The notes under the pieces were generated by a model. That model did not search any database. It was not told the origin of the DNA and worked only from the letters and a program-made list of their open reading frames with translations. Both the position numbers and the translations under genes were made by a program. This document shows positions 10,401 to 22,303 of a DNA stretch of 64,000 nt, piece by piece; the first letter of the stretch is position 1, and every line of letters begins with the position of its first letter. The stretch spans positions 1,054,001 to 1,118,000 of the forward strand of contig OZ251233.1 of the NCBI GenBank assembly GCA_965240325.2, in the 5' to 3' direction. Source of the DNA: Rebecca billardiae RCC1528 (taxonomy: Eukaryota; Protista; Haptophyta).

Positions 10401-12385
10401 GCGAGGCGCGCGCGCGCTCGGCGGCGGCGGCCGGCGGCGCGGCATCGGTCACCAGTCAGCGGGGCGTCGGCTCGGTCACACCTCCCAACGGGCGGAGCGC
10501 GCTGGCGTGGCGGGGGCGCGCCTCGTCCATAGGCCACCGGCGCCTTCCACCACAACGCACGAGCAAGCAGACAAAGACACAATCCGATGCTGGTCGGCAG
10601 GTGGACAAAGAGGCGGGCGAGGCGCGCGCGCGCTCGGCGGCGGCGGCCGGCGGCGCGGCATCGGTCACCAGTCAGCGGGGCGTCGGCTCGCTCGCACCTG
10701 TAGCTCACGGGCGGGCGCTGGCGTGGCGGGGGGCGCGCCTCGTCCATAGGCCACCGGCGCCTTACCACCACAACGCACGAGCAAGCAGACAAAGACACAA
10801 TCCGATGCTGGTCGGCAGGTGGACAAAGAGGCGGGCGAGGCGCGCGCGCGCTCGGCGGCGGCGGCCGGCGGCGCGGCATCGGTCACCAGTCAGCGGGGCG
10901 TCGGCTCGCTCACACCTGCCAACGGGCGGAGCGCGCGGGCGGGCGGGGGGCGCGCCTCGTCCATAGGCCACCGGCGCCTTACCACCACAACGCACGAGCA
11001 AGCAGACAAAGACACAATCCGATGCCGGTCGGCAGGTGGACGAAGAGGTGGGCGAGGCGCGCGCGCGCTCGGCGGCGGCGGCCGGCGGCGCGGCATCAGT
11101 CACCAGTCAGCGGGGCGTCGGCTCGGTCTCACCTGCCAACGGGCGGAGCGCGTGGGCGGGCGGGGGGCGCGCCTCGTCCATAGGCCACCGGCGCCTTCCA
11201 CACCAACGCTCGAGCAAGCAGACAAAGACACAATCCGATGCTGGTCGGCAGGTGGACAAAGAGGCGGGCGAGGCGCGCGCGCGCTCGGCGGCGGCGGCCG
11301 GCGGCGCGGCATCGGTCACCAGTCAGCGGGGCGTCGGCTCGGTCACACCTCCCAACGGGCGGAGCGCGCTGGCGTGGCGGGGGCGCGCCTCGTCCATAGG
11401 CCACCGGCGCCTTCCACACCAACGCACGAGCAAGCAGACAAAGACACAATCCGATGCTGGTCGGCAGGTGGACAAAGAGGCGGGCGAGGCGCGCGCGCGC
11501 TCGGCGGCGGCGGCCGGCGGCGCGGCATCAGTCACCAGTCAGCGGGGCGTCGGCTCGGTCTCACCTGCCAACGGGCGGAGCGCGTGGGCGGGCGGGGGGC
11601 GCGCCTCGTCCATAGGCCACCGGCGCCTTCCACACCAACGCTCGAGCAAGCAGACAAAGACACAATCCGATGCTGGTCGGCAGGTGGACAAAGAGGCGGG
11701 CGAGGCGCGCGCGCGCTCGGCGGCGGCGGCCGGCGGCGCGGCATCGGTCACCAGTCAGCGGGGCGTCGGCTCGCTCGCACCTGTAGCTCACGGGCGGGCG
11801 CTGGCGTGGCGGGGGGCGCGCCTCGTCCATAGGCCACCGGCGCCTTACCACCACAACGCACGAGCAAGCAGACAAAGACACAATCCGATGCCGGTCGGCA
11901 GGTGGACAAAGAGGCGGGCGAGGCGCGCGCGCGCTCGGCGGCGGCGGCCGGCGGCGCGGCATCGGTCACCAGTCAGCGGGGCGTCGGCTCGGTCACACCT
12001 CCCAACGGGCGGAGCGCGCTGGCGTGGCGGGGGCGCGCCTCGTCCATAGGCCACCGGCGCCTTCCACACCAACGCACGAGCAAGCAGACAAAGACACAAT
12101 CCGATGCTGGTCGGCAGGTGGACAAAGAGGCGGGCGAGGCGCGCGCGCGCTCGGCGGCGGCGGCCGGCGGCGCGGCATCGGTCACCAGTCAGCGGGGCGT
12201 CGGCTCGGTCTCACCTGCCAACGGGCGGAGTTCGCGGGCGGGCGGGGGGCGCGCCTCGTCCATAGGCCACCGGCGCCTTACCACCACAACGCACGAGCAA
12301 GCAGACAAAGACACAATCCGATGCCGGTCGGCAGGTGGACAAAGAGGCGGGCGAGGCGCGCGCGCGCTCGGCGGCGGCGGCCGGC
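4462..12385. repeat. 216-217 bp tandem satellite, about 36.6 units, each containing a degenerate tRNA-Arg 5' half plus the tRNA 5' flank
   Basis: The marker ccataggccaccggcgc recurs 36 times at about 216-bp spacing (4688, 4904, 5120 ... 12260). The first unit overlaps the 5' end of the intact tRNA. Confidence 0.97.
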
Positions 12386-12746
12386 CAACGCGTTCGCTCG
12401 GACGCTTGCTGCCGCCCTCCTAGCCGCGTGCGCGTGACGGCAGCCCAAGTGGGCGCGGCGTGGCCGCCCATCAGCTGGGACCGTTGTCGACGCAAGGCGG
12501 CTGAGCCAGTGCTGCCCGCGGGCCTGACGCGCAGTGGCAGAGAGGCCTTCATTGGCGGAGCAACTCCGCGGGCAGCGTGTGGTCGGCAGCGCGCGGCTGC
12601 AACGGGCGCAGGAATGCGCCCTCAGCGCCTGCCAACGCAGATGCGGAGGGATTCAGCAGCGCTCACCTGACATGATCGATCACCCGGTTCATATAGAGCT
12701 CACCGCGTGCATGTATGTACGCGTGCGCACGCGCTTTAAATGAGCT

Positions 12747-14245
12747 TGTTAGAGCAGGACAGATATACGATTGCACTCAATACAGCACGTGTGGGCTGCA
12801 GTCCGCCTGGATCGACCCCGCTGAGACGACGGCGCTCCATCCGTGAGCGCCGCCACCGATCACATGTCAATGCGTCGCAACCAACGGGCGCGCGCTGAAA
12901 CCGATCACTCCGGGGCCAACCTTCCGAGACTCCACTGAGCTTCTGGCTCTGGTTGTCCGGACCGTTCTGCAGCGCCCTCAATGGCTGTGAGCTTGTCCGT
13001 GCGGGTAGATGAGCGTGTACAATCAGCTCGTAGTGCATCAGTGCCAGAATACTCTGACACTCCTCCTCACTGAGCACAGCGAGATGCAGTTAGTGTGCGC
13101 GTACGCGTGCGCGCGGTGTTGTTGCGCGCGATGATGCCGGCGTACATGTCTGTGACCATGTCGACTGTTGTCCCAACCAGTTTGGTCCGTCGAGGTGTTG
13201 ACGGCGGTATCTCCGACTCGGGTTTATCAACCCGTCTCCGTCGGCCACACCGTCAGGACTCCCTCGGAGCCCGAGCACAACTGGGCTGTTGCCTCCACGA
13301 GGCATGCGCCCGACAGTTCATGTGGCAGTGCACGTTGGCCTTACCGTGCCACCTGTCTGCTCCTCCTCGATGTCGATCGTCACGAAGGCGTCGACTCTCT
13401 GCACTCGTTGCAGGTATACGGATCGAACCGACAGCGATCACTGCGCGTGAAGACGATTGTCGTGGTACAGCATGAGCATCTGCATCTATGCGGCGTTACT
13501 TGTCACCGGGAATGCACAGCATGAACGCGGAGATGGACGAGCGGTGCGCGATGGCGATCCTCGTGAACGAGACCACCGTCGCCTAGTGAGGGTGTAGATC
13601 ACGCCTCATCTCCGCCTTGCAGGTTGTCGTCCGACTCGTCGGGTGAGAGCTGCATAACTGGAGTAACTTGACTGGGCTCTCTCAGTCAAGACTCCTCCTG
13701 TGTCGAGGACGCTAACTCCTCGGCGCGAGACAACGAAGTGGATGTCGGCAAGAAGAAAGAAGATCGTCACCTCCTCCTCGATGGCTGCCCTCGTCAGGCC
13801 AGTCTCCTTTGCCTTCTCTCCTTGCACGATCGCAGGCGAGCGCGGGAAGCGCTCGCCATCGTGCAGACTTGTGTAAGGCGAGCTCAGCGAGATCGAGCCA
13901 GGGAACGAGCGCGTCGTGACCGCCGCCGATACCATGTTAGAGCAGGACAGATACGATTGCACTCGATACAGCACGTGTGGGCTGCAGTCCGCCTGGATCG
14001 ACCCCGCTGAGACGACGGCACTCCATCCGTGAGCGCCGCCACCGATCACATGTCAATGCGTCGCAACCAACGGGCGCGCGCTGAAACCGATCACTCCGGG
14101 GCCAACCTTCCGAGACTCCACTGAGCTTTGGGCTCTGGTTGTCCGGACCGTTCTGCAGCGCCCTCAATGGCTGTGAGCTTGTCCGTGCGGGTAGATGAGC
14201 GTGTACAATCAGCTCGTAGTGCATCAGTGCCAGAATACTCTGACA
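12747..14245 (-). mobile_element. Non-autonomous LTR retrotransposon (TRIM-like, copia-type signals)
   Basis: Near-identical LTRs at 12747-13059 and 13935-14245, both TG...CA. 5-bp TSD GAGCT at 12742-12746 and 14246-14250. On the minus strand, PBS TGGTATC abuts the 5' LTR and PPT TGAGGAGGAG abuts the 3' LTR. Confidence 0.92.
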
Positions 14246-15528
14246 GAGCTACGCCGCCACACTGCACTGCACGACCTTCCGGTCTATCTGCGGCGGCCGC
14301 GTCGCACTTGGCAACTCGCTGCGCGAGCCGGGCGCCGGAGGGTGGCTGCCGCACCCACGACACGCGGATGCTGAGACGGTGGCCGCCATTGTGATTGGGA
14401 CCCGCCGCAGCCGCGCCCAGGTGCCTACTCGGGCGCCACTGGCACCGCGCGCACCTGCAATTGCATGCTGTAGGCCCTGGCGTGTCAGCTCGTGCTGCTC
14501 GGGCTCACTTGAGCTACAGTGTACGACTACATGGCACACATGATCTTTGGTCGTGACTATGCGGCATGCGCTCGACGGCCGGCTCTGGGCAAGCCCGGGC
14601 GTAGCGCTACTATACCAGGAGCATATACAGCCGAAGCCGCGTCTGAGCGGAGCGAGCCGCTTACAAGGTAGCAGTCGGTTGAGTGAGCTGCTGTAACTAT
14701 ACTATACCGAGCAGCGCACTATTAATACTCAGCTATACATATTCTACTAGTACTAATCCATGCTTGCAACTCCAAGCCCGGCCCTGGCCACGTGCATAAG
14801 AGCGCGCCTCTGGCTGACTAACTACAGGTGGATACGGGTGATTCAGTGAGTATAGTGATCTGGACAGTGGCCGACCCAACTCACGCCGAGGCCTCCCTGG
14901 GAGCATTGGGGTTGAAGGGGCGCCAGGGACGGACTTCAGGGGGTCCCTGGAGTTCCGCCGCAGCGCGCTTTCTGCGCTGCGGGAGTGCGGGCCCGTCTCC
15001 GCGCGTGGCGGCCGCTGTGCAATTAGCCCCTGGCACTGGCTGAGGCATGGGAATCGAGCTCAGAGACGCGCGCGCGGAGGAAAAGCGTGTGCAGCGGCTC
15101 GGACGGTTGCTCTGGGACCTACTCCCACGCCAGCGCAACCGCGCTTTGCCTCGGAGTCCGCCGCCCTTCCTGAGTCCGCGCACGCGTCTTGCGGCTTGAA
15201 ACGCTGGCGTTCGCCCCGTTGTGCGCAGGACTCACGAAACAAGGCGAAGGCGGCGAGAAGCGCGACCTGGCGCGTGCGCAGAGGACGTCTCACGACCAGG
15301 TGAGTTCAGCGAACATCGTGCGCCGTCGTGGCGACCCGCCAGTGGGCGCTCGTGCTCGTTCGCCCACGAGCCCTCGCCACGAGGCCCGCCGCCCGCTGAG
15401 ACCTGAGTGTCCAGATAGCCCCTGTGTCCAGTTTCAAGTTAGCCCGTATCCACCTGTACAGCGGCAACTGCTGACGACGACGACGAGATCGCGGGGCTGA
15501 CCAGATCCGATCTCTGCTGTAGTCGTTC

Positions 15529-18500
15529 TCAGATCATCGCCACGCCGACGTCCGAAGACTCTGACGTGCTGGGCGGCATGCGGCTGCCACGACCTGCCGT
15601 CAGGATTCGCGCGGCCACTGCTCCGCCGACAGCCAGGACGGCGAGCATGCTTGCGCCAACAAGCAGGCGCATGCCGACGCCAGAGGCGAAGCCAGTCTCC
15701 GAGCGCCGGCCGCCACTCGATGCACCACTGACGGCATGTGGTGCAGCCTCGCCATCTGCCGCAATCAGTGAGGCGGCTGCCTCGAGCACGCGCACGTGCG
15801 CGCTGGCCAGCTCGTTGCGCGAGTGCGCGCGCAGCAGCCGCAGCTCGTACTCGCCAGGCTCGCCGGGCGCCTCGGCGAGGGTGACGTCTCCGCGCAGGTT
15901 GCTCGGCCCCAGCCGCCACCAGTTCGTCCAGCCATCGTTCCAGCCGTGCGCGACGGGCCCCGCTCGGAAGAGCGCCACCCAGTCGCCCTCGCGCGCGCCG
16001 CGTCGCCAAAGTCGTACGAGAACGTCGCGCCCGCAGCGCCCGCGCGGAGCGAGGCCGGGCCGCTGATCGACGGGGGGACGCCACCCTCGAGCACCGGTGA
16101 CGGCGGCGGCGAGAGCGGCGCACCGCCCGCCGGCGGCGCCTCGCCGCCATCGCCCACGCGCAACGGCAGCCGGCTGAGCTCGGTGTAGTCGTCGCAGCAG
16201 AAGAGCACGAGCGCAAACGCGCCGGGCCGGTCGCCCGACCACAGGCTGAAATAGCCGCGCGTGTGCACCAGCTGCATGTGCCACGAGGTGGGCCACGCGG
16301 AGCCCTCGCGGAAGAGGCCGACCCAGTCGCCAGGCTGGGGCCCACGCGCGCCGTAGTCGTAGTCGACGCGCACCCACGAGCGCACGCGGAACGGACCGGC
16401 GCCGATCGAGACGTGCGCGGGCGTCGCGGCGCGCACGCGCACGGGCGCGCTGGCGAGCTCGGTGCGCGAGTGCGCGCGCAGCAGCCGCAGCTCGTACTCG
16501 CCAGGCTCGCCGGGCGCCTCGGCGAGGGTCACGTCCCCGCGCAGGTTGCTCGGCCCCAGCCGCCACCAGTTCGTCCAGCCATCGTTCCAGCCGTGCGCGA
16601 TGGGCCCCGCTCGGAAGAGCGCCACCCAGTCGCCCTCGCGCCGCGCCGCGTCGCCAAAGTCGTACGAGAACGTCGCGCCCGCAGCGCCCGCGCGGAGCGA
16701 GGCCGGGGCGCTGATCGACGGGGGCTCGCCCTCGAGCGCGGGAGGCGGCGGCGGCGGCGGCGAGAGGTGCGCGTCGGTCTTCTCGCCATCGCCCACGCGC
16801 AACGGCAGCCGGCTGAGCTCGGTGTAGTCGTCGCAGCAGAAGAGCACGAGCGCAAACGCGCCGGGCCGGTCGCCCGACCACAGGCTGAAATAGCCGCGCG
16901 TGTGCACCAGCTGCATGTGCCACGAGGTGGGCCACGCGGAGCCCTCGCGGAAGAGGCCGACCCAGTCGCCAGGCTGGGGCGCACGCGCGCCGTAGTCGTA
17001 GTCGACGCGCACCCACGAGCGCACTGGGAACGGCCCAGCACCGTCGAGTTCAACGTGTGCGCGTGCGGGCGGTACGGGCGGTGCCAGAGGCGGCGAGAGC
17101 GGCGCGGGCGAGGCGGGCGGGGGCGGCGGCGCGAGCTCCATCGCGGCGCGCACGCGCACGTGCGCGCTGGCGAGCTCGACGCGCGAGTGCGCGCGCAGCA
17201 GCCGCAGCTCGTACTCGCCAGGCTCGCCGGGCGCCTCGGCGAGGGTCACGTCCCCGCGCAGGTTGCTCGGCCCCAGCCGCCACCAGTTCGTCCAGCCATC
17301 GTTCCAGCCGTGCGCGACGGGCCCCGCTCGGAAGAGCGCCACCCAGTCGCCCTCGCGCCGCGCCGCGTCGCCAAAGTCGTACGAGAACGTCGCACCCGCA
17401 GCGCCCGCGCGGAGCGAGGCCGGGGCGCTGATCGACGGGGGCTCGCCCTCGAGCGCGGGTGGCGGCGGCGGCGGCGGCGAGAGGTGCGCGTCGGCCTTCT
17501 CGCCATCGCCCACGCGCAACGGCAGCCGGCTGAGCTCGGTGTAGTCGTCGCAGCAGAAGAGCACGAGCGCAAACGCGCCGGGCCGGTCGCCCGACCACAG
17601 GCTGAAATAGCCGCGCGTGTGCACCAGCTGCATGTGCCACGAGGTGGGCCACGCGGAGCCCTCGCGGAAGAGGCCGACCCAGTCGCCAGGCTGGGGCGCA
17701 CGCGCGCCGTAGTCGTAGTTGACGCGCACCCACGAGCGCACGGGGAACGGCCCAGCGCCGTCGAGTTCAACGCGTGCGCGTGCGGGCGGTGCGGGCGGCG
17801 CCAGAGGCGGCGAGAGCGGCGCGGGCGAGGCGGGCGGGGGCGGCGGCGCGAGCTCCGTCGCGGCGCGCACGCGCACGGGCGCGCTGGCGAGCTCGCCGCG
17901 CGAGTGCGCGCGCAGCAGCCGCAGCTCGTACTCGCCAGGCTCACCGGGCGCCTCGGCGAGGGTCACGTCCCCGCGCAGGTTGCTCGGCCCCAGCCGCCAC
18001 CAGTTCGTCCAGCCATCGTTCCAGCCGTGCGCGACGGGCCCCGCTCGGAAGAGCGCCACCCAGTCGCCCTCGCGCCGCGCCGCGTCGCCAAAGTCGTACG
18101 AGAACGTCGCGCCCGCAGCGCCCGCGCGGAGCGAGGCCGGGCCGCTGATCGACGGGGGCTCGCCCTCGAGCGCGGGTGGCGGCGGCGGCGGCGGCGAGAG
18201 GTGCGCGTCGGTCTCCTCGTCATCGCCCACGCGCAACGGCAGCCGGCTGAGCTCGGTGTAGTCGTCGCAGCAGAAGAGCACGAGCGCAAACGCGCCGGGC
18301 CGGTCGCCCGACCACAGGCTGAAATAGCCGCGCGTGTGCACCAGCTGCATGTGCCACGAGGTGGGCCACGCGGAGCCCTCGCGGAAGAGGCCGACCCAGT
18401 CGCCAGGCTGGGGCGCACGCGCGCCGTAGTCGTAGTCGACGCGCACCCACGAGCGCACGCGGAACGGACCGGCGCCGATCGAGACGTGCGCGTGCGCGGA

Positions 18501-20322
18501 TGCGTGTGCGGGAGGTGGCGCGGGCGGCAAAGGAGGCACACGCGCCGAGGGCGGCTCGGCCGCCACGTGGAAGGGCGCCGACGCCGCGAGGACGGTGAAC
18601 CCTCCGCAGCATAGCAGTGCAGCCGTGTACGTCCCCGCCGACAGGTGGCGCCCGCTATACTGCACTTCGCCCGAGCGCCGTGTGCCAAGCCGTCGGCGTG
18701 TTCCGGGCACGACGCGTGCGGCGGCGTCCGCCGCGTCGGCCGCCGCGCCGCCGCCGCCGCCATCACCGCCGCCCACGAGCAGCGCGACCGCGTTGTCCTG
18801 CGCGTCGAGGAAGCGGTCCGTTGTGAAGGCGACGCGCACCCCATGCGGCGTCGCGGCGTCCACCGAGGACACCACCTCGAGGGTTGCCGAGAAGGGAGAC
18901 GCGATTGCGCCGGGCGCGTCCGGCCGGCGCGCGTACGTTGCCCACGGACCGTCGGCGCGGTCCGTCGCGAGCGCGCTGGCGTTGCACGCGCCAAAGAGGG
19001 CGCAGCGAGAGGACCACCAGTGCGCGGAAGCGAACGCGGCGCCGCGCGCCTCGGCGAGCTCCAGGCACGCGTCGAGCGCGCGCACGCCCTCCACCGCCGC
19101 AAGCGGCTCGGCCGCGCACCGGCCGCCGCCCACCAGAGCCCAGCGCGCGCGCACGGCGGGTGGGTTGTGCAGCGTGGGCCGCAGCACCGCCGCCTGCGCG
19201 TGCATGCGCGCCGCCTGGCCTCGCGTGAAGTGCGTCGTGCAGGACAAGTCGGACGTGTAGCTCATGACTGCGGCGCGGCGCGCGCGGCACGGGCCGCGTC
19301 AGCGCGTGCCTCCGTGCGACGTGCGTGCGCGTGTGCAGCTCCTCGGGGCGCGGGGGCGCGCGCCCTCAGCCGCCGCGCGGCGCACGCCGTGACGTGAGCG
19401 CGCGCGCGCGCGCACTGTTGCGGAGATCGTCGAGGCCCGGCATGCCGGGGCACGAGTCGATCTGATCCTGCTCCATGCAGCTCGAGGCGTGCTGCGCCGG
19501 GTTCGACGCCGGCGTGTCCTCCACAAAGTCGTTCGGCTCGGTGCACCCGCCTTCAAACGTATGCGGGAGGCCGAACGTGTGTCCAAGCTCGTGCGCCAGG
19601 ACCGTGCCGGTGACCGAGTTGTAGCTCGCAGCATGTTCGTTGAACATGCCGGCGTTCAGGTAGACGTTCACGCAGTGCTGCTGCGCCGCCATCGGGCCGC
19701 TCGCGAACCCCGCCGCATCCGTGATCTCGCCGCACACGTATGCGTTCACGTACACGGCGGGGTCCCAGCCGTACTTCGCCCCTGTCGCGCACATCTCATC
19801 CCAGTGCATGGTGTCGTACGAGCAGCGGGCGAAGCCGCCGTAGATGCTCACGTCGCGCTCGAATGCGATTGCCGCGAGCTCGACGCGGAAGCCCGTCTCC
19901 GGCCGCGGCGACGCGGCCGGAGCCGAGCGCGAGTGCGCGCCCAGCAGGCGATCCTGCGCGCCCGCGAGCAGCTCGTTCGCGTACTCCACCATCGTCTCGG
20001 CGGCGGCGCGCGCGCGCTTGGGATCAGCGTCCGAGGTCATGAAGTGCAGCACGAGCGGGATCACCACCACCTCCGCGTCGAGCAGCTCAGCGGCGGACGC
20101 GCTCGCCTTCTCGAGAGCGCGCGGCCGCGCGCTGTCGCGCCTCGCCTGTGCGTGCGCCAGGCGATCAACCTCGGCCGCCGTCAACGAGGGCTGATGGGTG
20201 GCGAGCAGATCCGGGAGGTTCAGCTCGCCGCGCTCGATCCGATGTGCCCAGCCCGACTCCGCCGCGGCGGGCGCCACCGCCGCGACGAGCAGGGCCAGCC
20301 AGCCGAGCACGGGACTGGGCAT
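15529..20322 (-). CDS. Signal-peptide M43 (pappalysin/ulilysin-like) metzincin with a Cys-rich PAN/apple-like segment, four tandem two-domain beta-sandwich repeats and a C-terminal TM helix; intron 19268-19415; 1-nt frameshift near 15994
   Basis: Signal peptide MPSPVLGWLALLVAAVAPAAA and zinc motif HELGHTFGLPH. Splicing GT(19415)..AG(19268) restores DDLRNIMSY..C...FTRGQAARM (M43 Met-turn region). Repeats carry DWVGLF/DWVALF. Correcting one missing C joins the frame ending LLVGASMLAVLAVGGAVAA...stop at 15529. Confidence 0.85.
15790..18490 (-). repeat. Intragenic tandem repeats (about 717 bp, four copies, linker-length variants)
   Basis: Near-identical blocks recur, e.g. VRSWVRVDYDYG codons at about 16380, 17020, 17735 and 18455. 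Confidence 0.9.
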
Positions 20323-20799
20323 GGCTACGGCGGTGATGAGGCGGGCGCCTCCGGGTTGATCGGTGAGTCGGCTGGGCGCGATCAATCATTTAATCCCTGT
20401 TCTATTTCAATTCCAGCTGTTCGTTAATTAATTCGTCAGCGGACACAGCTCGAGATCAGGAGACCTGCGCCGTCCTACCTGTGTCGTTAAATCATAGAAT
20501 GAGTCCGGGGCTCTGCAGAACTCCGTATCCGTACGCATCACATGATTTCATACTGCCCATGAAAAACGGTATATTGCTTGCACGAGGCGCCGCCGCCGGT
20601 GTCAGATTGTATTATTTATAAAAAAACCCTTGGTCAGATCTCGAGATGACGATGATCGAACGATACATAGTTAGGTTGCAGGTTAGGTTTGTACATCCAA
20701 AGGACCATCAAATACCTTGATGGTCCTTTGGTACAAGTAGTTAGTGGAAGCTGTCATACTGTTGCAAGCAGTTGTGATGAAGAACTCGTCGCATAACTA

Positions 20800-20913
20800 C
20801 AGTTTACTAAGTTCTTACGTGCACCGGCTCGGCTCAAGGTGTTTGTTGACTCTGTTGAGTAGCGTCAATCACGCCTTAACCAAGTGTGCACGTTAAAACA
20901 TAGTAGTAAACTG
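20800..20913. mobile_element. Tc1/mariner-like MITE (114 bp), TA-flanked
   Basis: TA|CAGTTTACTA...ACGTGCAC ... GTGCACGT...TAGTAAACTG|TA, with an imperfect TIR of about 25 bp. The same end recurs at 27561-27598, 34459-34495 and 59351-59403. Confidence 0.7.
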
Positions 20914-22303
20914 TAGTCGTGATGTTGTTGTTTCATGCGAGCTCATCATCGTATCAATAATATGACGCATTTGACGCATCATGCGATGAGCTCAGGTTTC
21001 TTTTACTATTATACTTGTACCAGCTGGGCGAAGCTTCGCTCAGAGACAGAAGCAGACTACTCGTACACCAATACATGCGCCTCGCCGTCGCCGCCCGCGC
21101 TCGGGCCGCGCCGCCGCGTGGGCGGGCGGCGGCGGTGCATCGTTTAATTCGTTACACTCAGTATGCGCTCTTAGCCACCTTGCCCTGCCGCGCTCGCAGT
21201 GCTGCGGCAGTGCAGTCACAGTGCAGCGCCCACGCCTGCGTTCGAGCAGCATCACGCGTAGACCTAAGAGTTACTAAGACCAGGGGGGCGTAGTAGATAA
21301 CGTCCTTGAGCGCCCCAGCTTGCACGGCGGCTTTATTGTCTCTGCTGATACGGTCGTCGTTCTTTTTAAATTCCCCTTTATAACGGGCTCCGGGTGATCA
21401 GACTGGCGGCCGAAGCCTCCAGCCCTAGGACCCTGGCCAGCCCCAAACCAACCACCATCCTCACCCAACCTCAAACCACTGACCGAGACACCAAGTGCTC
21501 TCAAACGGCCGCCCAGCGGGTACTTTCTCTCCACGGCACCTCTGCACTTGCAGTGGGTGTGCGACGAGGCCGGTCCGAGCGCTCGGTGGTGAGAACTTCA
21601 GCCGGGATGGAACTTCATCCCACATTCCCCAGTAGCGAAGCGCCGCCCCATCTCGGCGTCAACGGTGAGTCATCGGGCGTGTCGACGTTGCGTGTGAGTC
21701 GGATGTCGCCGTGGCACAGTGATGTCGCGTACGCCTCAACCTGAACCACCGGTTACCATCACTACCGCGCCGCGCGCGCTGCATATCGACGCGCGAATAA
21801 TCGACGACAATCAGCAGTAGCAGACGACTCTGATGATGATGATTTACGACGACATCGTATACTACTCGCTCGTAGTGCGCAGTATCGTATATCGGCGGTA
21901 GTCGCCTCGTCTTACAATCGGGCGGCGCGCCACATGCTGACGATGATGATTATATATTAGCAGCAGCAGTAGCTAGACAATAACTGCGCTAGCTAAGCTA
22001 TATATATACACTAATAACACTTATAAGTTATATACCACTGGCCTAGCTGCTAGTTACAGGCGGATGACACTGATGATGACGATCCGATCATCCGATCGAT
22101 CGATATCGATCAGCATCGTCATATGCTGCGCTGGATATCTCATCATGGATATCTCATCATCATCATCGCGATCGATATATCGTCATCAGCATACATATAT
22201 ATCATCATCGCCGCCAAATCATTCGTCACGCGCGTCGTCTCGGGACGCGCGCGGCCGCGGGACGGTGTCGCGCCTGCTGCTCCGTGCTCAGTCATTCACC
22301 GAA

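Noticed and set aside
4462-12385. CRISPR-like array interpretation
   Set aside because: There are no unique spacers (units are near-identical over their full length), no cas genes, and the context is eukaryotic.
3705-12437. Very long ORFs (up to 1129 aa) across the 216-bp array
   Set aside because: The unit length is a multiple of 3 and GC-rich, so frames stay open on both strands. The 217-bp units shift frames freely, showing no coding constraint, and the unit derives from a tRNA locus.
13060-13934. Possible RT/RNase H remnants in the TRIM interior
   Set aside because: Only faint resemblance by eye, with no intact motifs. It needs a translated profile search.
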